DNA of 64,000 nucleotides, taken from positions 1 through 64,000 of the forward strand of contig OZ237743.1 in assembly GCA_965178125.1 (NCBI GenBank). The letters run 5' to 3'. Made by a program: the position numbers and the translations under genes. The notes below the pieces were generated by a model. It was not told where the DNA came from. It searched no databases and worked only from the letters and a program-made list of their open reading frames with translations. Positions 24,931 through 38,463 of the stretch are shown here, one piece after another. Source of the DNA: Bilabrum cf. latius (Eukaryota). The first letter of the stretch is position 1. Each line of letters begins with the position of its first letter.

Positions 24931-27582
24931 TCATGCACTACCCGTTTCACCATCCGGCCCGATGGGTGCGCCCGGTGCACCAGGCGCAAAGGCAACCTCT
25001 CTCGCAGTGCCAGTCGCAGTCTGGCTTCCCTCAGTTGGAGGTAGACTCCCGTCCTACCCGCCCCGCGCACTCGCCCGCATTCGCATCACCGCGCCCAGCA
25101 GCTTCGCAGCCGCCTGGTGGGACTCCGACGCTCTGTCTCCGGCGCCCCCACTAGAAGCAGCTGCAGCACCCCCTGTTCCACCCCTCGCTCGCTCCACCCG
25201 CTCGAGGGCCAGCCTCTCCATGCCCACCTCCAAATCATCACTGCCAGCCGCAAACCCAGCCGCACTGTCAGGGTGTGGCGCCCCATACCTCCGTCTCACC
25301 ACCCTGACAGCCGGCGCGCCACCCATCCCCGCCGCCTCCTCCTCCCTGCCCTCGGCCACTGCAGCCCGCCGCTCCGCTTCTGCCAGCGCCCGGGATCTGG
25401 CCATGGAGCTGCGCTGATTCGAGGGCGCGCACACGTCCAGCGCGGGGTCCTCGTGGGAGCCGAACGATGCCAAAAAGGATCGAGGCTTGCTGCTTCGAAG
25501 CAGGCGGGTCAGCTCCACGCCCGGCGCATAGTCCGCCATGCCCACGGCTGCGTGGATGGGAGGCATGCCCCCGTGCGCCGCCCCCGGGGCTGGCATGCGG
25601 ATCAGCGGTTCTTCCTGTCCGTTGAGCACCACCAGCGCCAAGGCCCCCGCCTCCTGCGCATGCTGCGCCTTCCTGCTGAAGAAGCACCGCCCCCGGGATG
25701 CAAGCGCGATGGAGCCGCGGGCCCGGGCTGGGTGCGCTCGCCAGGCCTGTGCCGATGTCGTGAGGTTGCCACCTCCGTTCGAAGCGGGCAAAGCTGTTCC
25801 TGTCGGGGACTCTGGGCCTTCGTCTGCGAGGACTGATGCGTTCGCTTGCGGACCACGACCCCCGCGCCCCGTCACCTCGATCCCCGCGATGGGCTCACAC
25901 GCGTCGATCGGGTCCAGCAGGACAATGGGCCGAACCCCACACAAGAACCGGCCCCCGAAGAGGGCAGGCTCCACCGGTACCACCAGCTCGCCGCGGGGCG
26001 GCGGCTTGCCGGGGCCCCGAGTGCCAGGTGTTGATGGCTGTGCCGGATGCGGTCGAGAAGATGGCACACCACCAGTCTCTCCCGCTACGGACGGCTGCAG
26101 ATGCGGCTACTGCTGCCTGCCAACCTCAGGCCTCCACCAGTAAGCGTCCCGGCGGCGCAGCAGACGCAGCACCGGCGCTGGGGCCTCAAAGGCGCATCCA
26201 CGCGGGCCGCACACCACACTCGGCTTACCCAAGTCACCTACAGCTTCCTATGAGGGCTGGGGGTGCATCCCATCAGTGCTATCGACCTCCATGGCTCCAC
26301 GCGCATCGCTACCGGCCAAGCCACGCGTGCCCGTCCCATGCGATTCGTTCCCCTCGCCCCCCTTTTTCTCACGGGATGCATGATCGCTGTACACACCACC
26401 TCCATCGAACGCGGGATGGTCTTCCTCCGGGGCAATGCCAGCGCCCAGCTGCCTCCTCACAAAGAGGCCCGGCGGGCGCACGGTGAGCAGCCGCGGCTTG
26501 AACGGAACAGGCACCCGCACCACGGCGCAGTGCGGCGATGCCCCGCTCCACCCAGACCCGTTCTCCCCCGCGCGGTCGGGCCCCGTATCAACCCGGGCCC
26601 CGCCTGCTGCTTCGGCTCCTGTTCGCAGCTCCCTGCACCGCAGCTGCTCCCGCGGGGTGTCTTGGAAGGCAGCCCGCAGCACCACCCTTGCCGCTGCGGG
26701 GGGAAGTCCTTCCAGCGAGCGGCCATCCACACCCACGATACGGTCTCCCACCCCGATTACGCGAGCCCTGGCCGCCTGGGATCGCTCGGCCTTGCCACCT
26801 GCCGGCATGACCTCGGCACCTCGGGACTGGCCAGGGGTCTCGGAGCTTGCAGCCAAAGGCGTTTCCTTCCTGCCGAGCGCGGACCCAAAACCTACTATCG
26901 TGAGATCAGGGGCCAGTCGCACACCCAGCGACTCTGCCCCATTGAGCACCACCGATCGGTCCAGCGGATGGGCCCTTTGGCTGGTCCACGCGAGGCGCCG
27001 GCGGGGGGGCCGAATCGTCAACGGGGGTCTCGATGCGAGAGATCGCCGTCCAGTGCCTGAGTTCACCGATTCTGCGCAGGCAAATTCTGCATCTGCCGGA
27101 CGCAAGCGTATCAATTGTGTGGATCGCGCTGCTTCACTAGCCAGCCACCGTCCGACGGCCTCTAGACCTGGGCCAGAGCTGCCTGACTGTGTCCGCGGAG
27201 GAGGCCTTCCATTGACAGAGAGAATTCGGTCACCTATTCGAATTAATCTGCTAGACTCGGCGGGCAGAAGTTGCCCGCTTTCCCTTGTAAAACCAACTAC
27301 TCGAAGATCTGGAGCCAAGCGCAACCCCATGGAAGGCTCACCCCCCCAAAACTTTTGGAGAAGCACGTCAATATCATGCTTACACCACTATGACTCGTTA
27401 TAGTGCTGCTAGAGCGTCCCAATTCTTAGTATGCCCGAGGTTCCCGGGCGTCTGATTGCCTGAGAAGCAACGAACACTAGTTGTGCCGAGTCTGCGACGC
27501 CTACCGTGGCAAGTGATGCCAAGAAGATGAGGGCATGTATATTATGACACTTTGTCGGGCGTGCTCCATGCTCAAGATGCAT
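24931..27582 (-). CDS. Putative secreted protein with two PDZ-like domains and a PA (protease-associated) domain
   Basis: PDZ-like IRIGDRILSVNG and IGVGDRIVGVDGRSL; PA-like SRGRCFFSRKAQHAQEAGALALVVLN; hydrophobic N-terminus. TAG at 27409, ~27388, 26248, ~26107, 25054; TGA stop. Confidence 0.7.
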
Positions 27583-27754
27583 GGGATCCCTGCAGGGTTG
27601 GTTTCCACACAAGGTTAGTCTACCGATAGCGGTGAATCCGGAGTTGGCCGAACTTCTGGCACGACGGACAAAGCAGAGTACGCGGGAGTGTGCTCGATTG
27701 CGTGCCCCGGTTCATAACACAAGTTGGTGCAATACGGTTAGCGGAGACTGGTTA

Positions 27755-28363
27755 TCACACTTTCGGCTTCTTGTTTGCAGATTCACCGTCGCCCTCGCTG
27801 GCAGCACCGCCTTGCGCGGCCTCAGACTCCTGCTCTTCTCTCTTGCGTTTGCTTCCCACTTCGTAGTCATCGTCGTCGTCATCCTCGTCATCATCGTAGT
27901 CCCCGCCAGCCATCAGGCGTTTCAGGTCCTCACGCCCAGCCTCGATGTCGGCCTCCGAATCTTCATCATCGTCCTCATCCTCATCCTCGTCATCGTCCTC
28001 GTCCTCCTCTTCATCATCGAAGTCGGCATCTTCGTCCTCCTCATCATCCTGCTCATTGCTACCCTTCTCTTTGTCAGGATTGGCCTCGCCATCGCCTCCA
28101 TCGGTGCTCGGTTCCGGGCCTGGCCCACTCTCGTCCTTGCTGCCATCTGCACTGGGCTAATCCTTCGCTGCATCAACTTGCTTTACATCATCAACGGCTT
28201 GCTCGACCTGTTCTTCCTTCCTGCAATTTCATTGGCGTCAACCAGCACAAGTATTCAAACCAATGGTCTAGCGCTAGCCAATCCTTTGCGATACTCAAGG
28301 TTCTTATGGCATGTAGCAAGACATTACTACATTTTGAAACCAAGGGACTCACGGATCACTCAT
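27755..28363 (-). CDS. Small, highly acidic, probably nuclear protein (histone-chaperone/prothymosin-like composition)
   Basis: MSDP, intron 28352-28221, then KEEQVEQ with D/E tracts, KRKR and a terminal KKPKV NLS-like motif. TAG at 28157; TGA stop. Confidence 0.6.
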
Positions 28364-28500
28364 TGCACCGACAATAATGCCTCTGTATGGCGCTGGGTTC
28401 TTCCACAGAATCCATGTCGATTTGCGGAACCACAAAATGTTGCTCGCGCGGCGCCGATATTCGCAACCGTTGCGAGCATCGAGCAAAAGTATCCTTTTTG

Positions 28501-30027
28501 ATGCCTTCAAAGGTAGTTTCAGACATTTTGCAGTACGTTTATGCTATAGGGTCTGTTCTGCGGGCACATAGATCACTTGATGCGGAAGCAGGCGACAAGG
28601 ACAAGGACAAGCAGGCGAATGTACGCCGTGAAAGCCTGAGGCATTGTGTCGTGGCAGTTGCTATAATCATGTTTTCATCAACGCTTGAATGGTCAGTACG
28701 CTGGGTTCCATTGTACAATATCATGAAGTCAGGCCTGCTTCTGTGGCTTATGGCCCCAAACAGCAGAGGCTCCAGGATCATGTATCGGGTGTGCATCCGC
28801 CCTGGAGTTCGAGCTCTTGTGAAAATCATTGCATCAAAGTATCCTGGGGGACAAGTCACGACTCTAGTTCGTTAGTTTCAGACAACTGTTGGAGCGCACT
28901 CAGCGAGCAGAGGCGCGCGGTAGGGCGCTTCCTCGGACTCCTTCAGGGAGCCAGCGATGCAGATCATGGGCGCAGGGGTCGGTGCTGTGCTGCAGCAAGC
29001 GGTGAATTCAGCTGCACTTGTGGCAGGCTCTGGGTGCAGCCTGCCGCCTGCAGTTCAAGCCGTGCTGAGTGCAGGCACCGGTGCAGGTGGCAGTAGTTCC
29101 GAGCTGTCTGCACCCACGTCAACATCCTCGGACTCTGCCCATCGCGGGGAGATTCACACAGCTGCTAGTGCGGCTGCAACGGCTGTTGATGCCACGGCTG
29201 CGGCTGCGGCTCGGGCAGGCACTGCGGTGCTATCCTACTTGCGCGAGGAGGTGGCCTGTGGAGTGGAGGACTTGGGGAGCGAGGACGAGGATGAGGCAGA
29301 GGCAGAGGAAGAGCAGCAGGAGCAGGAGCAGGAAGGAATGCAGGGCAAGGGTGAGGTACAGCATGTACAGCAGGTCCAGGCAGGTATTGCGCAAGAGCAG
29401 GCATCGGCGCAAGTGGTCGCAGGTCCTGGACAGCCCACAACGGGTGAGCAAGCAGAGCCTGAAGTAGCAGAGTCCGTCCAACAAGCTGCCCCAGCGTTGG
29501 CGAGTAAGCCACTGGAAAGCAAGTGTGCCCGCCCTGAGGTGGTGGACGGTAGTTCATCGGAGCAATACGCTCCTGACAGTCCTGTTGCCGATGCCTGGGG
29601 CACACCCGCTGACTCGGGCGTGGCCGTAGATGTAGGCCAGGGTGACAGTCCATTCAGCGCTGATGTGGACATTGATCTAGAGGAAGACGACTTCGCTGGG
29701 ATGGACATGCCGATTGGGCTGGGCAGCCCCGACACGGGTGATGTGTAGAACGGGGGTGTTCCTGCGGTGGATGCGGAGATTGAGGCCGAGGGCGAGGGCA
29801 AGGGCGAGAGCGAGGGCTTGAGCGCTCTGCACGCAGGCATGGCCCAAGGTAGCCCAGGACTCGTAGCACTGTCTTCTCCTTTAGTGAATGACAGGCGGTC
29901 TCGGGCCCGCCACCGCAGTCGCAAGGGCACCTCTGTCCTGCAGCTGCCCGGCGATGGGGGTTTGGGGGACCCTGCCTCAGTCCACGAGGATCAGGCTAGC
30001 TCAGCACTGCCCGCTGCTGGACTTTGA
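28501..30027 (+). CDS. TB2/DP1/HVA22 (REEP)-family protein with a long disordered tail
   Basis: Segment WVPLYNIMKSGLLLWLMAPNSRGSRIMYRVCIRP. Three same-frame ORFs joined at TAG 28873, 28921, 29746; TGA stop. Confidence 0.75.
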
Positions 30028-30086
30028 CGAAACAATCGCGTAATTTAGAATGTAATGAATGAGACAGTAATGTGCTACCCAATCAG

Positions 30087-31919
30087 TTACATCAGAATAC
30101 GTAGCATTGGGAACTCCCGCCTCAAGCCGATGACTGCCTCTCTCGTCAGCGTGGTGTGCTTGCACTGCAGGAGCCGCAGCGTACGCGGCAGCGACAGGAC
30201 CTCGGCCTCTCCGGGACCTAGCATCGCCGCTTGCTGCCCGTCTTGGTCACTGGTTCCATGCGTTGAGCTGGAGGCGGAGGCCGCGGAGGAGGACGACGAG
30301 GAGGAGGAGACAGCCGAGGTGGAGGATGCCGGTGCAGACCCTTGCGGCGCCTTCGCACTTGCTCCTGCCTCTGCCTCTGACTCCTCATCTACAGCAGCTC
30401 GAGACCGGATCAGCTCCAGAATGGCATGCTCCCTGACACCAGAGACCCCGCTGATGTCCAGCCGGGCAAGCTGAGGGCACGACACTGCGATGTCTCGCAT
30501 GGTGCGAGTGGCTACTGCGGGTGACCAGGCCAGCTGCAGGGTATGGACTCGACCGCCTACTCTCTGCAGAAAAGCCGCAAGCAAATCGGATGGCACGTGC
30601 AGATGGCCCAGCCCCAGCATGTGCAGCCTGGTGCCCCTGCTAGCCAGCGCATTGAGCACCCACTGCTGTCCGATGGCTGGGATTCCTGACAGTACCAGGC
30701 TGTTCAGCTACGGCAGCAGCGGTTCTGCCTTAATATCAACGAATGCCTTGCTATCCCAACTTGATACTGGGTCAGCGTCATGCTTGGACTCGGACTTGGA
30801 TTCAGTCTCGATGTTCGCAGGTGTACTGGGGCCAGAGGCACCCACAGATCCTGCAGGGAGTGCCGCGTGCCTGCCTACCCCGTCAGCATGCCCAGCCACT
30901 GCCTGTCTCGCAGCTTCCTCGGCCCATTTCACCACGCAATCCCACGGGCGGGCGCCATCGCTCCCCGACACGTCCACAGCACCCGTCGAGGACGAGGGTG
31001 CAGCCTGAGATGACGAGGACGTTGGGGAGGAGGAGGAGGCAGAGGACAGCAGCACTCTGAGGCCGGTCTCGCCCACACAGTAGCAGCCGCCCATGTCTAG
31101 TTCCCGGATCTATTTGCCAAAGCGCAGCAAACTTGCAGCGCTTCCGTCGGTCAGCTTCCGGCAGCCTGCCAGCGTGAGCGACTGAAGCTGGGGGCAGCTG
31201 CGGAGGCACTCCCGAAGTGTCGCGTCATCCACAGATAAACAGCCAGTCAAATCCAAGCGCTAAAGCTTATCACCGCATCTATGCATAACCTACGAGTAGC
31301 AAACGATTGCAAAGGGTAATCCCACAAGATAAATTAAGACGCTTCGCGGCCGCGCTTGCTCGCGGCAGGCAAGGATTCTGCGCTCTTACCTTTTTCAGAT
31401 ACTTGGACGTCAGGCGCGCGCCATTTTTTAACACTAATGACTCCATGCGCCAAGCCTACGTTTCCTCGGGCGACAGCGGATCTGTTATCAGCGGTTTGTG
31501 CTTGTGATGGTGGGAGCCTGGTGATCCAGGCGCATCGCCGCTAGTGCTGCTTCCAATCGCCCCATCAGACGTGAAGAAAAAACTTAGGGGTATATCGGCA
31601 TCCGAGACTACACTTGTAGACAAGCATGCATTCAATATTTCCTGTCGAAGCGCTGCCACAGATCGCGCAGTCTTCGGCGGGTTTGCAAGGCTGCGCCGCT
31701 GCCTTTGAGCGATCCTTGGCCAGTGCTTTAAGCCATCTTTCACGTTTCTGCTATCAATGAAATATACGTCGCAATTACGTGAAAATAGAGCGAGCAAATA
31801 GCAAGAAATTCAGGCAACACCAATTCATCTTACTTTGATATCACTCTCAGGGCCAGGTGAAACAAAGATAGCTGTCGCTACTTCCACGCAGGAACGGATG
31901 GACCTGCTGTTGATGCCAT
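30087..31919 (-). CDS. Cysteine-containing LRR protein (AMN1/F-box-LRR-like)
   Basis: Repeats L*RLDLTGCLSVDD, CPQLQSLTLAGCRKLTD, CPQLARLDISGV. Two predicted introns; TAG at 31878, 31456, 31260, 31110, 30708; TAA stop. Confidence 0.75.
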
Positions 31920-32056
31920 AACTAGCCAGATACCACGGACGGGGAGCAGGCAGAGGTATAAATGTTGCCTCAAGGCTGTTTCGGGTTGAGCGCATTGTAG
32001 AACGTTCGTTCACAACGAACCTGAGTTTACTGCACAAGTCATTGCACCCCGTGCAG

Positions 32057-33800
32057 TTAGTCCTCCATAGCCATGGATGCCATGGCAGCCTCTGGATCGA
32101 ACGCCACCTCGCCGCCCGCCCCTGAGGATGCAGCAGCAGCGGCCGAGGACGAGGAGGAAGCGGACGATGGGGGTGCCTTGGCAGGGGTTCCGCCCGCAGG
32201 AGAGGCCCCCTCGCCTTCCCCTGTCGCAGCAGAGGAGGCGGCTTTGAACCCTGCAGAACTGCCGGATGAGCTCTCATGCCCCCCCGCCTGCTGCTCCGCT
32301 CTCATGCGCAGCACCTTCCTGCTCTGCGCGAAGTACATGTTCGGGTGGGTGCCCACGTTCTCGGGGATGCTCTGGTGCCTCGCCTCGAACTCCCGCACAC
32401 ACGCGATCTGGTAGTCCTTGGTTGCAACCGCCTCCATCACGTGCTCCAGCTGTGCCCCTTGCAGGCCGGAGGACGCCTGCAGCATCTGTCGGACCGCCTC
32501 TGGCTTCCAGTGCTTGTACGGGCACCCGTGCGCAGACTCAGGCTCGGGGCCTGGGCCCGGGGCCGAGATGATGCGCGCGCAGGAGAAGGGTGAGTAGTCC
32601 TGCCGCTTTCCCTCCTTGCCGTACGAGTGCCTGACGTTGTATGCGTACCTCTTGAGGAACTCGTCCGGGGTCATGCTCCTCGTGAACTCGTGCTGCCAGA
32701 AGTGCAGGGACTCCTCCAGGGACAGCCCGATGCCCTTGAGGAACAGACCGTACTGCAGACGGGCGTCGTGCTTCAGCTTGTGGTGCCTCCTGAGAGCCCC
32801 ATGCGCCGCCCTCATGCACAGCGGGAAGGACTCACCCGAGACACGGTCCACGTCACCGGCAGTCAGCCGCTCCCCGCCCGCCGCCGCCATGGTCGCCTTG
32901 GCCAGGTCTGGGCCAACGTAGGCGCGAGACATGTTGGTCAGCAGCGAGCCCAGCCGCTCATCCTGCAGCACTCCAGGCAGCGAGCGCGCCGCGAAGACGA
33001 GCGCCCTGGCCAGTCGCGCCTTGAAGCGACCCACCACAGTCGCCACCAGCCGCTTGCGGGGCACGAAGGCGTCCCCCCCGCGCAGCAGGACCATCCTGCG
33101 AGACACGAGCTCGGCTGCCTGCGCAAAGGGTACCCTGTAGTACGTGTCCCTGGCCGCCTCTCGGTCTGCCTCCACGGGGCTCTGCCCGAAGGGCCGCGTG
33201 GCAATCGCGACGGCCCGCAGCTGCGGCAGCAGCTCCTGCTTGGTATCGTCGTCCACGGACTCGTACTCCAGGCCCGCCTCCCGCATGAATGCAGATACCT
33301 GCTCCGGGGTCTACCGCTGCAGCCGATGGCGGAATAGCACACCCTCCTGCGACACGAACCAGCGTCGCTTCTCTTCGTTCTGGCAGTAGGCCAACCGCAG
33401 GATGTGGTGAGACACCGTGTCGCGCCTGCGAGCATCTGCCGACCGCAAATCGCCACCCAAGTGTTCCCGGCACTACTTCTCTACCTCTGCATCAATTTCG
33501 TCGGGCTTTGCACCCCTTGATCGGGCGTTGTCTACAGCTTTGAGCACTGCGAGATTCAAACGAAAACACGAGCATGGCGCGACACAACTACCAGCATTGC
33601 GATACAGTCTTGATGTAGATCAATATTATTGGTGAGTTCTGCTGCTTACCTCTTAGCCGATCAAGGGCGAGCACTTCGAAATCGTGCAAAGTTACCTCGT
33701 CCTGGGGCTGCTGATCATACATGGTCAGGGTCGACTCTGGCTCGCTAGCTCGACCACCAGCGGGCCCAACACCTCGTTTTCCAGCTCTTTGCACCAACAT
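32057..33800 (-). CDS. PRIM2: DNA primase large subunit
   Basis: Motifs [66 protein letters not shown]. Intron 33649-33547; TAG at 33473 and 33311; TAA stop. Confidence 0.95.
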
Positions 33801-34158
33801 TGTTGCGCGTGATGTACTAAAGCTATTCTGTAAACGCTTTTGCAGGATCGAAATTCAAATCGGCATTCTTCCGGTTTGGTTGGTATGCAGACAAACACAT
33901 AAAACAAGGTTGCAAATGAGTTCGCCAAGCATAATACGTGCTGTAGATGTTCTGTTTGAGAGCATTTGTAGCGACAAGGCGCGGGCGGCTCTTAATCGGC
34001 GCGGAAAGACACCACGGTCGCTAGCATTTCAGCACTTGCTGGTGCCAAGCCGCCATCAACCGACGAAGCTCACACCCGATGGAATTTAGGAAGAGGATAT
34101 CTTACTAGCAGCAATCATTGCGGCGTAGCGGCGCGGGGCCATTCAAGAGCACGAACGA

Positions 34159-37100
34159 ATGGCATCCCTCAGTCAGGTCTCCCGATCCGCTGCGGTGTCG
34201 TCAAGTACCCGGGTGGCCCAGTCGATCATAGCACTAATTGGCGCTCTCGGACTTTCAAATCGTGGCGTAGAAGGATAGCTGCAATTTCTTTAGAGTCAAT
34301 CCACTTGGTTCCGGCAGGAGTGCCCTGCAGGCGGGTGGACCCGCGAGCCCCAGCAGCGGAGGGTATCCACATCCGAATCGCCCGCAAGAGCTTTGGATTG
34401 GTCTATGGCTCCCATGCCTCTGCAGCTTCGATCCAACCTGATGCACGCAATGCCTCGCCAAGACGGCGTGGCCGATTCCGGGCCAAGGCTTCCTCCAGCA
34501 GTTGCCGCAAGTGGCAAAGCCAGGAGGCTGCGCTGGAGGAGCTAGCAAGCAAAGGTGAAGCGACGGTCTGGAACAGACACTCAGGCGGTTGGAATCCCGA
34601 ATCCAGCCAGCGTTCTAGTCCGTGGACTAGATGAGGGAATGGAGCACCAGCTGCGCTTCGTGTGTTCAGCTGTGGACCGATGGCTGCGCGTGGGGCCAGC
34701 GTTGGGTTCTGGTGAATCAGAGGCTCTGCGTGGTGTGGGCACTGGAGTGGCTCGCTTCACGCTATCGAATATAGCAAACGAGTTGCACAAGGTGTCCCTT
34801 GGGGCCGTATCTGCAGCACATGGCACCTGCGGCGTGTCACCAGGCTAGCGCGCAGAGACTTCGATTGGAGTGGTCCGAGACACTCAAAGCGGGATATCAG
34901 TATCGCGCATGAAACTTTGGAAAGAGGCCGTCATGCAAGCCTATACGGTTGCCATTGGGGTGGCAAGGGCCGGGCATGGACTCTAGCTCTCTGGTATGCA
35001 CACCCACCCCCGCCTGCTAGATGCGACTGCCTCGATGGCGCTGCGGGCGATAGGGAACATCGCAGCGGTGTGGCCTCAGGATAAGCAGGCACATGTTCGA
35101 AACATTGCGATAGCTATTATTGATGCGTGTGCTAGTACCATTGCCGAGCAGGCCCTGCTTGCTGCCTTCGACCATGGCGATGGTCCCTCGGGAGTATTCC
35201 CGAGTGCCAGCCTGCGGGTCGCGCTGGAGCTGATCGCTGGAGGCAGGGACGGGGGCATGATGGATTTGCAATTTCTGTGCGACGAATTCGGAGCAAGTTC
35301 TGTGTGGCTAGGGCGCGAGGCGAAGGACGTGGGTCGGGCCATGGCACTGGTGCCCGGCACGCTTCAGCGGTTGCGGGGGCTGGGCACCCACGCGCTGGAT
35401 GCATCCCTGCAGAGGGTTCTGAGAGGCCTGGTCGAACTCAGCAACGCCGCCGACTTGGAGACCACTGTGGACATCGTGGCCGAGTATGTGCAGGCAGTGG
35501 CTGCCGGGGAGGCCCAGCCCGTGCCAGGCCTCTAGGGGGAGGACGAGCAGTTGTCTGGCCCCACTGCAACCCACAGTGCCGATGGTACTGGTGTCCATGG
35601 CTTGGGTGGAGGGCCAGCTGCAAGCGCAGCAGCGTCATCGGTACGGAGTGCGGTGTCTGGTGCGGCTCGCAGTGTGCTGGCCCTGTCAAACCTGCATCGA
35701 GTGGCCCGCTCCGTGAGGTCGGCAGTGTCTGGGATTGGGGGCTCGATGGCCGCTGGGCGTGCCGGTGGAGCGTCTGTCCGGAGCAGCGCCTCATCCGTGT
35801 TCTCTGCAGTGAGCACAAGGGAGTCAGTGCTGCAGTCGTAGTATGAGAGCGTGGTTGGGGCATTTACGAGAGGCGCGGGGCTGCGGCGCCGACGTGCGGG
35901 TGCGACGAAGATGGGAAGCCGACCGAGCGGGCTGGCTGTCGATGCCGCCGGAAGCGAGGCGGCCTCGGCGGCATCGACCGCGATCGGGCGGGCGCTGAAA
36001 GCCGCAGCCCGTCCGGCGCTACCCGGCCTCCCCTCCTCTGTTGGAAGGGCGCATCGGTCCCGCCACCGCCCGGGAGTTGTTCATCGAGTGGACGTGCTTG
36101 GGACCATCGGCGAGGATGACGAGGGCGAGGAGGGCGAGGGCGGGCAGGGGGCAAGCAGGGGCAGCGGTGGCGAGGAGGCGGCGTCTGAAAGTGCAGCAGG
36201 CGCAAGCAGCAGGTCTGGAACGAGCACAGTGCAATCAGAGGCAGAGGCAGGCCTCTAGCCTTTACTAGGCCTGAATGGCCGGGCCTTGGTCATTCAGCTG
36301 GGGCCACCATCACCGAGGAAAAAGGGTCCACGGTCACCCACACGGCCCCGCCCCGCCACACAGCAGCAGCCCACAGAGCAGTAGCAGGCAGCAGACCGAC
36401 GCGCGCGTTTCTTGCAGGCCGCCGCGCAGGAGGCGCGGTTCAATCGGGAGCTGCAGGAATGGGAGGCCAGCGATGCACTGGCAGCAGAGAGGCATACTGC
36501 GGCCCAGCTGCGGGAGCGAGAGGATCAGCTCAAGAAAGAAGCCAAGGCTGACTTGATGCGGCGGTATGGTGTCAGCATGGAGGACGGGTCCGCCACCGAG
36601 CCTAGAGATGGGGTCGATGAGCACGAGGCACCGGCAAGGCGCATGACACTGCTGGATCCTGCCGAGGACTAGGGGGCGGTGAGAGCGACTAGAGTCAAGC
36701 AGACGGACTTGGTTGGCACGGACAGTGTGTTGCAGCACGGGGAGGAGGGCGGTGGAGGGAGCAGGGAGAGGGGAAGGGGAGGGGGGGTAGCCCCACCACC
36801 GGCATTCAAAGCAGCCCAAGTTGATTGGGCTTCCTGCGGGATACCGCCAGCGAGCGGTCAACGCAGTCGGGCATCAGATGCCTGGCACTTGATCTCGCTG
36901 GAACAGTGGTGCGGCGTGTCGAACGCTGCCCGGGGCTGCTCCAAGTGGATCCAGGTGCAGGCAGACGAGGCCCCCTTGCGCAAGGGGCCAGGACGAGGCG
37001 CAGAACCGGGCCATCATGGGGGAGGCAGGCTTGAGGCGGCGCGAGCAGGGCGGAAAGTGCTGGGCACACTCCGTCAGATCCTCGGGGTTGCGCCTGCCGC

Positions 37101-38406
37101 CGCCGCCTCGATCGCTCTGAAGCGGCACGGGCTGCTGCAGGCGTGGCACGCGATGCACGGAGTGTGCACGTGCACGGAATCCACTGCCTGGGCTGCCGTG
37201 GTGGACGCATCGCTGCCCAGCGAGCTGGTGGGTGGCTGGGCGGCAGCAGGTGCCTGTGCTCGAGCAGCCCGAGATGCCAGGCCTCGGCCATCGCGCGGTG
37301 CTGGTCCATGTGAAGACCGATTTCATGCTCGCACTTTGTCATCGCAGCTAGATGTGCTGCTGCAGGAGGCACTGGAGGCCCCCCGAAACAGGGGGGGAGG
37401 GGCAGGTGGGGGCGTGCAGCTTGGGGGAGGCCAACTGAACGACGAGGGCACCCCTACCTTCCAGCTGAGAGCAGCCCAGACCGGCAGGGATGCAGAGGCA
37501 CGCGCCGCTGACCCCTGGGGCGTGGACTGCCTGCACTGCCTGCAGGTGCAGGTGCAGGCCCCACAGGCCCTCGGGCTGTTTTGTTCCGCTGGCGACATCG
37601 ACCGACTCGCTGGCATCGCCCCGGTGCTGCTGTCACTGGCCCGGTGCACGCGCGCCTTGGATTTGGCCTCTCTGGCTCTCATGAAGAGAGGCAGGGGCAG
37701 GGACAGGGACAGGGGTAGGGGGCGGATGATGACGGGTGCGGAGACTAAGGCGCACCGGCGGGCGTTGATGGCGCTGCAGGCCGCGCGGTCTGGTATGCAG
37801 TCGATCGCGAGGTGGGCGGGTGCCAGCTGCGAGGCGGCGTGGGGCAGGCTGCTGCGGAGGGTGGTGCACGTGGGGTCGGGGCTGGCGGCGGGAGGCACCA
37901 GCCTGTCTCCGTCCTTGCTGCGGAATCTCTTTGCGCAGTATGTGGCCGAGGTGAGGGCTGTGTGCCTGCAGGGAGGCATCGCGGGAGGTGGCTGGGAGGG
38001 CGGGCCACTGGGTGCCTTGGGCAAGGGGTGCATGCAGCTGGCGCGGGGACTGCTTGCGGGGGAAGAACAGCCGGCTGGCAGCAGGTACAAGCTTGTAGAC
38101 CGTGCAGCAGACGCGGTGGCCCACTCGTTGGGTGCACTGGAGGAGCATCTGAAGCACTCGGCCGAGGCGCTGCTGGTGGGGGCCGATGCTGCGAGGGGGG
38201 GCGCGGGCGGACTGCTGCTGGGCGCGAGCTCGGATGTAGGGCTAGTGCAGTGCATAGCTCGCTCCGAGCGAAGACAAAAGCTTGGTGGATGCATCCAGCC
38301 ACGGCTTGGTGTTGCCGATGCTTAGACGCTGGCCGTTTCGATGCAGGAGCTCGCAGCTGGACTGCAACTCACGAATGCGAGCAAATTGGTGCCGCATAGG
38401 GTGTAA
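34159..38406 (+). CDS. Probable gamma-tubulin complex component (Spc97/Spc98 family, GCP6-like), ~1415 aa
   Basis: Single frame with about 11 TAG and no TAA/TGA until TAA at 38404. GRIP2-like segment WGVDCLHCLQVQVQAPQALGLF...VLLSLAR and a central coiled coil. The family call is tentative. Confidence 0.5.
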
Positions 38407-38463
38407 TGCCGAGTGCATGCAGCCGTACAAATGAACAATGCACATACGTATATTGAAGATCAA

